Below are positions 27,182 to 34,663 of a stretch of DNA of 43,575 nt, one piece after another. The notes beneath the pieces are model-generated. The model was not told the DNA's origin and did not search any database. It saw only the letters and a program-made list of their open reading frames with translations. Origin of the DNA: a virus; the IMG/VR virus record IMGVR_UViG_3300045988_078367; one strand, given 5' to 3'. The translations under genes and the position numbers were made by a program. How positions within the stretch are numbered: position 1 is the stretch's first letter; the number at the start of each line of letters is the position of its first letter.

Positions 27182-27481
27182 TTACTTTTCCATTTTTCTT
27201 TTAAGATTACTGTATTCATCCTCAATGCACTTGCTTATCTTAGCTGCATCTTCGTAACGTTCAGACTCTATCAGTATTCTTTTTATCTCTTCAAGCTGAT
27301 TGATGTATACGATGTCATTGCGATCCGTTACGTGCTGAATATAACTTTTGATGTCATTCAGCTTGCCCTCCATGCGTCTGTGCCATTTGCTTATTAAAAT
27401 TACAATGATGGCAACGGTTGTGGCATTGAGGATGAATAATGCGATTTTAAGTATTAGTTCTGCTACTTCGCTTATTGGCAT
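27182..27481 (-). CDS. Small membrane-anchored coiled-coil protein (99 aa from MPISEV)
   Basis: The ATG at 27481 is preceded by AAAGGAGGAA with a 7-nt spacer. N-terminal TM helix. Confidence 0.5.
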   Translation of the reverse strand: MPISEVAELILKIALFILNATTVAIIVILISKWHRRMEGKLNDIKSYIQHVTDRNDIVYINQLEEIKRILIESERYEDAAKISKCIEDEYSNLKRKMEK

Positions 27482-27494
27482 GGCTATTCCTCCT

Positions 27495-28082
27495 TTAGTC
27501 AAATAACACAAACTCGTAAGCAAATACAAACGGATTACTTTCCCATGTACCTTTGCCGGATACTTTATTTATCAAGAATTCGAAAGCTTGTTGAGGTATG
27601 TCTGTTGACAGGTATCCTCTTTTTGTGTGAGGGGTATGATATCTCTTTATTCCATCATTATCGGTATACGCATGTATAATCCCCTCTTTCAAGCAATCTT
27701 CATCGGATATATCCTGCAAACGCTCTATTTTTATATTGGTTATCTTTATGTGATGCTTACAAGCATACGACTTAACGAACATTTTGTTATTCCATCCTGC
27801 GGAATCCTTCAGAAAGCCACGAATGCTTAAATCTTTCGGATGCCTGTCTAGTGAGTCTGGGGAATAGCCTGAATCCCTATAGCTTTGCGCAATGGCAACA
27901 ACTTCACCAACCTTGTATTTAGGCTTTATTTCATACCCATGTATGCTTTCATAACCACTCTTACAAAAGATACTGTTGCGTATTTGGTCTTCCGAAATAC
28001 GTCTCGTCATAGTCTTTCGACCATCCAATACGGCTTGCGTTAAGCCGAATTTATCATTGAACATTATTTTCTTCATTGTCAT
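27495..28082 (-). CDS. ASCH-domain-like protein (tentative)
   Basis: N-terminal MFNDKFGLTQAVLDGRKTMTRR resembles ASCH-type openings. The likely start is the second ATG at 28076, after GGAGGA. Confidence 0.4.
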   Translation of the reverse strand: MTMKKIMFNDKFGLTQAVLDGRKTMTRRISEDQIRNSIFCKSGYESIHGYEIKPKYKVGEVVAIAQSYRDSGYSPDSLDRHPKDLSIRGFLKDSAGWNNKMFVKSYACKHHIKITNIKIERLQDISDEDCLKEGIIHAYTDNDGIKRYHTPHTKRGYLSTDIPQQAFEFLINKVSGKGTWESNPFVFAYEFVLFD

Positions 28083-28468
28083 TCCTCCTTGATTAAATCT
28101 GGGTTATCGTAGATATTTCCAATCACGATAGTATCATCCATTTTTGTAAGATCAGATTGCCCGAAATAGAATAAATTTCGACCATTAGAAAGTTGAAAAC
28201 TACAATTACGATATAGGATAATAGCTGTATATTCTTCTGGATTAAAACCAAATGTAATAGTGTGAAGAATATCTCCTTCATAGATTTCTTTTCCGTTCTT
28301 GTCGAATAAACCGGAGAACTGACCTACGGTTTGTTCTTTAACACCAATACCATTGATTTGTACCGGAGAAATTGTTTTTGGGCTATCAATTCTATGAACT
28401 AAATCACCATAAATCCATTCGTCATTTAAGACTGACTTCCCTCTGAATTTTATTGTACGCAATACCAT
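28079..28468 (-). CDS. YopX-family protein
   Basis: KFRGKSVLNDEWIYGDLV...TVGQFSGLFDKNGKEIYEGDIL matches the YopX pattern. Confidence 0.65.
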   Translation of the reverse strand: MVLRTIKFRGKSVLNDEWIYGDLVHRIDSPKTISPVQINGIGVKEQTVGQFSGLFDKNGKEIYEGDILHTITFGFNPEEYTAIILYRNCSFQLSNGRNLFYFGQSDLTKMDDTIVIGNIYDNPDLIKEE

Positions 28469-28592
28469 AATATTATTTTATTAAATTGATTTTACTGACA
28501 ATTTTATCATTCTCACAAATGTTAATCTACGTATTAAAAGAGTTAATTTAATAATTAAGTGCAAGATTAAGACTTATATTTGCACCGTGTTT

Positions 28593-28613
28593 GATTTGGA
28601 AGCTAACACCTCC
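28593..28613 (+). promoter_or_regulatory. Anti-SD arm of a long-range helix (gatttggaagctaacacctcc)
   Basis: 28600..28613 is perfectly complementary (14 bp) to 28768..28781. A further 5 bp pair after a small internal loop. Confidence 0.6.
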
Positions 28614-28965
28614 AATCTGGCGAACTGTCATTCGCCTCCTTAGTCAATCTCCAAGAGAAGACATTAAGCCCATTGTCCTGCAAGCTTTGGGCTTTTTTAG
28701 TTACGCTTGACAGGGTGTAGCTAATAACGAGCCTATCTATCTTGCAGGTGGGTAGGCAAAACAGAAAGGAGGTGTTAGCTTGAAAAATCAAACACAAAAC
28801 GAGGATTGCAAAACTCGCATTTTCTGTAGGTATATCGTGAAGAACGGTAAAAGGATTTATCCTAAGAGATCCAAGTACTTTTCTTTTTTGATAAACGATA
28901 AGAAAGTTGCTTAATGCTATTTTCGTAGGGATGTTGCAGGCATCCCTTTTTATTGTACGATTCAT
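28603..28965 (-). CDS. Questionable 120-aa ORF, either a membrane-like protein or non-coding
   Basis: Has a good GGAGG-6nt-ATG context. However, it contains two opposite-strand terminators and both arms of a 14-bp inverted repeat, and its composition is Cys/Ser/Leu-rich. Confidence 0.3.
   Translation of the reverse strand: MNRTIKRDACNIPTKIALSNFLIVYQKRKVLGSLRINPFTVLHDIPTENASFAILVLCLIFQANTSFLFCLPTCKIDRLVISYTLSSVTKKAQSLQDNGLNVFSWRLTKEANDSSPDWRC
28666..28698 (+). terminator. Plus-strand intrinsic terminator T1
   Basis: AAGCCCA-15 nt-TGGGCTT followed by TTTT on the plus strand. No T tract on the minus strand. Confidence 0.6.
28768..28789 (+). promoter_or_regulatory. SD/start-codon arm of the long-range helix (ggaggtgttagcttgaaaaatc)
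   Basis: Contains GGAGG (28768..28772) and TTG (28780..28782). Complementary to 28593..28613. Confidence 0.6.
28780..28914 (+). CDS. Candidate 44-aa highly basic protein (TTG start): MKNQTQNEDCKTRIFCRYIVKNGKRIYPKRSKYFSFLINDKKVA
   Basis: Hand-translated. AAAGGAGG lies 7 nt upstream of the TTG, and a plus-strand terminator follows 13 nt after the stop. Confidence 0.35.
   Translation: MKNQTQNEDCKTRIFCRYIVKNGKRIYPKRSKYFSFLINDKKVA
28927..28952 (+). terminator. Plus-strand intrinsic terminator T2
   Basis: AGGGATG-ttgcagg-CATCCCT followed by TTTTTATT on the plus strand. Confidence 0.65.
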
Positions 28966-28966
28966 T

Positions 28967-29407
28967 TTATTCCTCCTTTTCTTTAAAGTGTTCGATTAGC
29001 TCTTCTACGGTAGCCTTGTGATAATACCCTGAAATGATTGTTGCGTGCATCCAATTTTCATCCCAAAAGAATACGCTACCTTTAGGCTCTGTAAAATAAT
29101 GGTCGTTACCCACAGCATCATCATAAGAAACGCTAAGCGGTGAATCTGCTACAAACCATTGATTTTCGTTTGTATCATCCCTCAATGCGGCTATTGCCAA
29201 GAAAAGTTCTTCGTTTATTCCGCAGTTAATAAAACTATCGTTTAGTGGTACATTATAAGGGACATATTCACCATCAATAGTTGTAATTAATTTGCTATCA
29301 TCAGTTATTTGAAAAGGGTTGCCATAATTTTTATATCCCAACTCCTCCAACTTCTTCCAAAGCTCCGGTGTATTGCGTCTAATAAACGCTGCTGTTGTAA
29401 ATCCCAT
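28967..29407 (-). CDS. Hypothetical protein, 146 aa
   Basis: ORF preceded by AAAGGAGGA 7 nt upstream of the ATG. Confidence 0.55.
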   Translation of the reverse strand: MGFTTAAFIRRNTPELWKKLEELGYKNYGNPFQITDDSKLITTIDGEYVPYNVPLNDSFINCGINEELFLAIAALRDDTNENQWFVADSPLSVSYDDAVGNDHYFTEPKGSVFFWDENWMHATIISGYYHKATVEELIEHFKEKEE

Positions 29408-29432
29408 AGTTAATCCTCCTTTCTGTATCTTT

Positions 29433-29624
29433 TTATGCTAGTACTTTTGTTTTATCTTTAAGGCACATGCTCTTAGCCTTTTTCGGATAATTCCAGTCGA
29501 TGGAACTGCGAATAATTGCTTTAATATGATCTAATTCTAAACTATCCGGGCAATGTTTATTGAGAAAATCCAAATCCTCTTTGGTTAGTTTCTCATACGC
29601 CTCTTTACTTATCTTTATGCTCAT
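29433..29624 (-). CDS. Hypothetical protein, 63 aa
   Basis: ORF in the early array. Confidence 0.45.
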   Translation of the reverse strand: MSIKISKEAYEKLTKEDLDFLNKHCPDSLELDHIKAIIRSSIDWNYPKKAKSMCLKDKTKVLA

Positions 29625-29641
29625 ATCTATCTTTTATTGAA

Positions 29642-29962
29642 TTAATCTTCTTCCTGCAAATATAATTTCATGCCTTTTTTAGTTAAACCTAATACATGAA
29701 TATCATCAGCCCATTCATTAGCAATTCGCATAGATTCAGCCGGACAACCACAATCAAGTACTACCTCATATTCTCCATCGGCATGCATCATCATATCTCC
29801 ATATCCCGCTACAAGTTTTTTATTAAAAGCCATCAAATCACCGTAATTGTTAGCAAAGTAAATTCCTGCCTTTTCACAGTCTTTATACGCCTTTTTTAGT
29901 CTATTAAAAGCTCTTTGTTGTTCAGGCGTTAGTTCGCATACTGCATATAAATCTCCTTCCAT
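29642..29962 (-). CDS. Hypothetical protein, 106 aa
   Basis: ORF in the early array. Confidence 0.5.
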   Translation of the reverse strand: MEGDLYAVCELTPEQQRAFNRLKKAYKDCEKAGIYFANNYGDLMAFNKKLVAGYGDMMMHADGEYEVVLDCGCPAESMRIANEWADDIHVLGLTKKGMKLYLQEED

Positions 29963-30008
29963 ATTGATTCCTTTCTTTTTTTGTTATAAATTAAATTTCT
30001 ATCCTGTT

Positions 30009-30170
30009 TTACGTATATCTTTCTTTCATTTTCTCAATCCAATCAAGATAGGATTGCGTTGCCTGTTGTTTAGCGCCTTCTTTAAATCCTTTTCTGAAAC
30101 ATTCTAATCGACTCCAATCAGGATGTACACCGCTGATGCTATTTGCTGCTTCTTCTAATGTCTGTTTCAT
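30009..30170 (-). CDS. Unlisted small ORF, 53 aa (MKQTLEEAANSISGVHPDWSRLECFRKGFKEGAKQQATQSYLDWIEKMKERYT)
   Basis: Hand-translated. ATGA start/stop overlap with 30167..30445, and it fills an otherwise empty 200-nt gap. Confidence 0.45.
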   Translation of the reverse strand: MKQTLEEAANSISGVHPDWSRLECFRKGFKEGAKQQATQSYLDWIEKMKERYT

Positions 30171-30445
30171 AATGATAGTTTTTTAATGTCATCCACTGAT
30201 AGTTTGTCCTTACCTTTGGCATATTCAAAGAAATCTACTACAGGACATACACATTCAGGAATAGTATAATCATCTGTTTCAGATAATGTTACCAATATAC
30301 TAAGTCCTACGCCATTGATATATTCGCAAGAAACGAATTTATCAAAGTCGATATATCTTTGCGCCTCCTTAGCTATAATGTCACAATTCTTTCGATATTC
30401 ATCATAGCTTTTGATAGTACTATTAATAAATTTATCTATATTCAT
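30167..30445 (-). CDS. Hypothetical protein, 92 aa
   Basis: ORF in the early array. Confidence 0.5.
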   Translation of the reverse strand: MNIDKFINSTIKSYDEYRKNCDIIAKEAQRYIDFDKFVSCEYINGVGLSILVTLSETDDYTIPECVCPVVDFFEYAKGKDKLSVDDIKKLSL

Positions 30446-30456
30446 TTCTGTTTTAG

Positions 30457-30714
30457 TTATTTAGTTACTATTGTTCTATCACTCCTTACCACTTTCATCT
30501 TAGGCTTCTTAAACTGTTTGTCGCATGATGTATAAGGAAGCCAATACGATCTATCTTCGTAATAATCTAAGTCGATAGGAACAAGATGAAATAATTCGTG
30601 ATCGAAATCTACCCCTATCAGCATACATTCAATATCTACTTCTGGGTGCTTTTGATGCCAGATAATGATCTCACTATGTCGATAGGAGTAATGAATAAAT
30701 TGATTGCGAGTCAT
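30457..30714 (-). CDS. Hypothetical protein, 85 aa
   Basis: ORF in the early array. Confidence 0.5.
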   Translation of the reverse strand: MTRNQFIHYSYRHSEIIIWHQKHPEVDIECMLIGVDFDHELFHLVPIDLDYYEDRSYWLPYTSCDKQFKKPKMKVVRSDRTIVTK

Positions 30715-30878
30715 GATTAGATCATTTTTCGTTTTTCAAAAGAGTAAGAACTTGGTTTATCTTCCGCAGATGGGCTACTGTAGAGGTAAAGGCGTAATGG
30801 CATTCACTGTATTTGCTCATGTCTATCTTGTTTTACGCAAATCCTTGATAATTCTTCAAGAACTTGCAAGGTTTTACT

Positions 30879-31361
30879 CTAATTGATTCGTATATACTTA
30901 CCTGCGATATCGCAAGTTCTTAATATATCGGCATTATCTTCACCGAAAGCTATTAGGACACTGCCGCAACCGGGCGAATCTCCACGAGTCCCATCAGGCC
31001 GGAAGAACCTAATCCGGTTACGCAAAAACTTCATCGCTGTTGCCTTTTCGAATATGACATCCTGAAACATCTTTGAATCACAACGATTAAAGAGTAATGC
31101 AATTCCGTTTCCATGTTCTGCCATCCGTTTTATAAACTGTTCAATAAGCGGACGGGAATAAGGAGGATTAAGCCAAACACGACCTACCCAATCTTTAGTT
31201 AATCCGTCATGGTTCTTGTTGTACATTTGTGTAGCTGTTTGCCAAAGCGGTTTAACCGGAGCGCATGGATCTAAATCGAACTTTCCCAATGCGTCTATAA
31301 TTTCTTTTGGCGTGTACCATTCATCGGTGGTATTAACCGATTTCTCAAAGGTTGTATTCAT
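30879..31361 (-). CDS. Phage-type DNA N6-adenine methyltransferase (Dam, PF05869-like)
   Basis: DEWYTPKEIIDALGKFDLDPCA and WLNPPYS motifs. Typical size of 160 aa. Confidence 0.75.
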   Translation of the reverse strand: MNTTFEKSVNTTDEWYTPKEIIDALGKFDLDPCAPVKPLWQTATQMYNKNHDGLTKDWVGRVWLNPPYSRPLIEQFIKRMAEHGNGIALLFNRCDSKMFQDVIFEKATAMKFLRNRIRFFRPDGTRGDSPGCGSVLIAFGEDNADILRTCDIAGKYIRIN

Positions 31362-31375
31362 TGAAAATATTTTAA

Positions 31376-32449
31376 TTAATTGTCCAATTCTTCTATCGCT
31401 TTGAAAATTTCAAGAATCACCTGCGGAACTATGGCGTTTCCGTATCCTTTGACTGATTCCTGTCTCCACTTTGTGAAAGGAATGGTAAGGTTGTCCACAT
31501 CAAAGGGAAGCCCATCATTTCCTCGACAAACAGGGGATTGAGTTGGGAACTTTTCCCAGTTTGTGCAAAGCAATCTGCAAGATTGTTGGTCATTGGATTT
31601 CTCCCTCTCTTTTGGATACTTTCTATTGTTGGAGCACCTTTGTAATCTCTCATCGTTGGGGTAGGAAGTATTTGCACCATTCTCGCAAGCCCTACACTTC
31701 CGTTTATTCCGTTCTGATTGACCTTCCTTAGGGTGCCGTTTCCAGTCGTAACAAAATGGTCGTTCCTGCCGATTATCGCTCCGGTTGTTGCATCGCTTGC
31801 CATTGGTGTCGGGAGTAATTCTATCGGATAAAACCTTGTCTTCCCGTTCTCGTCGCACATCTTCAGTCCTTGAGTCTGCACAGTGGGCAATAAACCACAC
31901 TCTGTCTCTTCTGTGGGGCGCTCCGACGGCACAAGCCGGAATAAGCAACGGTTGGACGGAATATCCTTCTCGCTCAAGGTCTTTACAGATGGTTTCGACA
32001 ACATACTCTTGTCGTAGCAATATTCTTTTTCGGTTATCTTCTCCGAAAAGAGAGGTTTGGCTTTCCACTTCAGTCTCCTTGCCGGGCTGAACCATCGTGA
32101 GGATTCCAGCAACGTTTTCACCAATAACCCAAGCGGGTCGGATTTCTCGTATAGCACGGAGCATGTGCGGCCAGAGGTAGCGGTTATCATCCGCTCCCTT
32201 TCTCTGACCTGCGAGGGAGAAAGGCTGGCAAGGAAATCCGCCTGTGAGGACATCGATTCTTCCTTTCCATTGACTAAAGTCTGTTTTTGTAATATCTTCA
32301 TAATGTTCTGAATCAGGAAACCAATATTTTAGTATCTCGTTGCAAAAAGGGTTTATCTCACAGTGAAAGGCATTTTCCCATCCCATCCATGAAGCTGCAA
32401 CGCTAGGGGCATCAAAGCCGCTGAATAAACTGCCATGAACTAATTTCAT
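31376..32449 (-). CDS. DNA cytosine-5 methyltransferase (frame A, 357 aa)
   Basis: Motif I LFSGFD, IV GGFPCQPFS, VI GENVAG, VIII APHRRDRVWF and X YGNAIVPQV. The central 120 aa or so is low-complexity R/E/K/N/D-rich. Confidence 0.8.
   Translation of the reverse strand: MKLVHGSLFSGFDAPSVAASWMGWENAFHCEINPFCNEILKYWFPDSEHYEDITKTDFSQWKGRIDVLTGGFPCQPFSLAGQRKGADDNRYLWPHMLRAIREIRPAWVIGENVAGILTMVQPGKETEVESQTSLFGEDNRKRILLRQEYVVETICKDLEREGYSVQPLLIPACAVGAPHRRDRVWFIAHCADSRTEDVRREREDKVLSDRITPDTNGKRCNNRSDNRQERPFCYDWKRHPKEGQSERNKRKCRACENGANTSYPNDERLQRCSNNRKYPKEREKSNDQQSCRLLCTNWEKFPTQSPVCRGNDGLPFDVDNLTIPFTKWRQESVKGYGNAIVPQVILEIFKAIEELDN
31429..32301 (-). CDS. Alternative-frame ORF (frame B, +1 relative to frame A, 290 aa) carrying methyltransferase TRD/motif IX-like signatures
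   Basis: ELLPTPMASD, ILPTPTMRDYKG and LNPLFVEEMMGFPLMWT are read in this frame. There is no stop for 873 nt inside the C5-MTase gene. Confidence 0.3.
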   Translation of the reverse strand: MKILQKQTLVNGKEESMSSQADFLASLSPSQVRERERMITATSGRTCSVLYEKSDPLGLLVKTLLESSRWFSPARRLKWKAKPLFSEKITEKEYCYDKSMLSKPSVKTLSEKDIPSNRCLFRLVPSERPTEETECGLLPTVQTQGLKMCDENGKTRFYPIELLPTPMASDATTGAIIGRNDHFVTTGNGTLRKVNQNGINGSVGLARMVQILPTPTMRDYKGAPTIESIQKRGRNPMTNNLADCFAQTGKSSQLNPLFVEEMMGFPLMWTTLPFLSQSGDRNQSKDTETP

Positions 32450-32559
32450 TTTTATCTAGTCTTAATTGATATTATCCATCAGGTGGTTCGCTATCGCATA
32501 TACCACCAGGTAAAATAAGATGTTCACTCCTAGGAGAAGGAGGATGTTTAGGAGTATTC

Positions 32560-33219
32560 TCATCTGCGGGAAGATCCTTTCAATTCGATTACATTAAACA
32601 TTTCATTGATTCGGTCTGCGATATATTCCCCATATTTAGGCTCAAACTCTTCCGGTTGCATATTGGTAGTCATAAACGTTTTGCATATCCTACGATTGTC
32701 ATATCTGGATTGGAGAATATACTGTATTATATCCATTTCAGAACCAAAGTATTTCACCCTTGGTTCTTTCCCTACTTCGTCAATACCTAGGGCAATGCCG
32801 TTTAACCCATCATATTTAGAAATACCATCAACTCCCTTTCTGGTGTATTGATTGGAAATGAATGTAGCTGATTCAATAGGAAATCCACCAGATAAGTAAT
32901 ATCCGGTTTCGTCTTTACCGTTGCTATACCTGTCGTACAATTGTATAATTTTCAATATCGTGGATTTACCAGTTCCAACAGGACCATACAGTAATAAACC
33001 TTTGTTGCTATTTAGTTTTTCCGATCCCTTGATGAGATATAAAAAAAGCTCGTTCATAAACTCACGATTTCTTTCATCAACAGTGAATTCGGGGCATGCC
33101 AATAAACAGCACCTACGGAAAAGATCTGAAGAGTTCCTGAAAGCAACTGCATCATAACTTGACCGTCCGAACTTTAACGGCACACTTTGAGGATTGATTT
33201 GATTTCTGATTGTTTCCAT
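32560..33219 (-). CDS. DnaC/IstB-like AAA+ ATPase (helicase loader candidate)
   Basis: Walker A LLLYGPVGTGKST and Walker B-like GIDEVGKE. Directly downstream of the replication initiator-like gene. Confidence 0.65.
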   Translation of the reverse strand: METIRNQINPQSVPLKFGRSSYDAVAFRNSSDLFRRCCLLACPEFTVDERNREFMNELFLYLIKGSEKLNSNKGLLLYGPVGTGKSTILKIIQLYDRYSNGKDETGYYLSGGFPIESATFISNQYTRKGVDGISKYDGLNGIALGIDEVGKEPRVKYFGSEMDIIQYILQSRYDNRRICKTFMTTNMQPEEFEPKYGEYIADRINEMFNVIELKGSSRR

Positions 33220-34054
33220 ACTTCAATTTTAACCATTCTTGATAATCTCGTTCAGTTCCCGTAAATACGACTCCCGTCCAATCAGACTCAATAGCTCTTT
33301 CAATTTGCCGGATAGCAAACTCTTCCTCAAAATTGGATAGTTTGTTTAATGAAAGCTGAAGGGCATAATTAAGCTTCTTCTTCCATTTAGGAGTTTTACG
33401 GAGTGCTTCCCATGCAGACATAAAAGCCATAGAAGTGAAAGGATAAACCAACGGAGTTTCATCCCCTTTTTCTTTTCGGGATCTCTTCTTTGGAGAGGGG
33501 GGAATCTCACGCACACGTGCGTGACTATCTACGTTTATAGTTTTATTAATTACTATAATAGGTGTATTTCCAATATCATCTGGAGTATTTCCAGTTGAAA
33601 GTAAAGGAGAAACTTTTTTATCAACTGGAATTATTCCAGTAAAAAGTAAAGTTGATAATACAGGTGATAATATTTTTAAATCACTCTTGTCCGTATTCGC
33701 TTCTTCCGCATTTTCATTTATAATATCAACTGTACTTTCAACTGTATTATCACCTGTATTTATTCCAGTTGAAAGTAAAGGAGAAAACGAATAATAGCAC
33801 CCAACTCGTTTATCTTTGCATGTTTGATAATAAATCAATTTGGCATTATTCAGAGATTGACGTGATTTTATCAGGGTCTTCTCTGTTATATTCAGATTAG
33901 AACATAATTGAAGATTTTTAATTTCAAATACATCTTTCCACCCCTTTTCATTACAAGTAGATACAAGCTCATGGTAAAGAGCTTGATCTATCGCTGTAAG
34001 ATATGTATCAGAACGTATCTTCTTTAATTTAGAGGTTAATTGATAACTATTCAT
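33152..34054 (-). CDS. Replication initiator/replisome organiser-like protein containing iterons
   Basis: The N-terminal winged-helix-like region (YLTAIDQALYHELVSTCNEKGW...) resembles DnaD/phage replication proteins. The internal repeated DNA encodes (S)PLLSTG repeats. Confidence 0.5.
   Translation of the reverse strand: MNSYQLTSKLKKIRSDTYLTAIDQALYHELVSTCNEKGWKDVFEIKNLQLCSNLNITEKTLIKSRQSLNNAKLIYYQTCKDKRVGCYYSFSPLLSTGINTGDNTVESTVDIINENAEEANTDKSDLKILSPVLSTLLFTGIIPVDKKVSPLLSTGNTPDDIGNTPIIVINKTINVDSHARVREIPPSPKKRSRKEKGDETPLVYPFTSMAFMSAWEALRKTPKWKKKLNYALQLSLNKLSNFEEEFAIRQIERAIESDWTGVVFTGTERDYQEWLKLKYGNNQKSNQSSKCAVKVRTVKL
33585..33787. repeat. Iteron cluster (candidate ori) inside the replication gene
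   Basis: Identical 24-mer ttccagttgaaagtaaaggagaaa at 33589..33612 and 33763..33786. Degenerate copy at 33635..33658, inverted core actttcaact at 33734..33743, and palindrome actggaat-t-attccagt at 33624..33640. Confidence 0.6.
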
Positions 34055-34383
34055 AAACGAAAATATCTATTTGCTGCACATTCATCAAAAGACTTCACAC
34101 GCTCTATTAGACGCTTTTGTTTGCGTCTAAAGGATAGATCATTATCATACCTATTGTGGCATTCCCGGCACAATCCAACTATATTCAAGGGATTTGTATA
34201 GTGCTCGGGATACATGCTTTTGGGAACTAAATGTGCAGCATCTACAGCCGGTTTACCACATATAACACAATAGGAAGGAAGGTTTTCCTTAATCTTGGCT
34301 ATTTCTCTGTTACGTTGTGCTTGTTTAGTACTAATCTGTTTCATATAAGTTATTTTAAAAATAGTTCCCGGATACCGAACCAA
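34051..34383 (-). CDS. Zinc-finger/HNH-like protein, 110 aa
   Basis: CVICGKPAVDAAHLVPKS...LCRECHNRYD is a Cys pair plus His-Me-like pattern. Confidence 0.45.
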   Translation of the reverse strand: MVRYPGTIFKITYMKQISTKQAQRNREIAKIKENLPSYCVICGKPAVDAAHLVPKSMYPEHYTNPLNIVGLCRECHNRYDNDLSFRRKQKRLIERVKSFDECAANRYFRL

Positions 34384-34395
34384 CGGACACCGGGA
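34366..34395 (-). promoter_or_regulatory. Hairpin family member 1: stem tcccgg/ccggga, 18-nt loop ataccgaaccaacggaca
   Basis: The loop is 18/18 identical to 38282..38299. Lies in the gap upstream of the 34383 start. Confidence 0.5.
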
Positions 34396-34399
34396 TTAT

Positions 34400-34663
34400 T
34401 TATTTACCATGCTTCATTGCATGACAATCTTCACATAGCGTTTCAAGGCAATACAAGAACTCTAATTCATGACCTACGATAGAATATCCCGCAACCTCAT
34501 AGACTTTATGATGAATCTCTAAATTGTAGGTTTTACCGCATACTTGGCAACGATGCCCGTCACGAATACGAACCTTTCGTTTCACTTCCTCCCAATATGG
34601 GTTATTCTTCAGGCTCTTCCGATACTTCGATGGCCTCCCCTTCTTGTGTGCTAGTCTCGTCAT
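34400..34663 (-). CDS. HNH endonuclease
   Basis: RDGHRCQVCGK...LEIHHKV...CEDCHAMKH is a classic HNH with flanking Cys pairs. Confidence 0.7.
   Translation of the reverse strand: MTRLAHKKGRPSKYRKSLKNNPYWEEVKRKVRIRDGHRCQVCGKTYNLEIHHKVYEVAGYSIVGHELEFLYCLETLCEDCHAMKHGK

Noticed and set aside
30704-31065. Plus-strand 60-aa ORFs 30704..30886 and 30883..31065, and a 32-aa minus-strand ORF at 30722..30820
   Set aside because: The plus-strand ORFs are antisense shadows at the size cutoff. The 32-aa ORF has no convincing start context, so the 164-nt gap is left unannotated.
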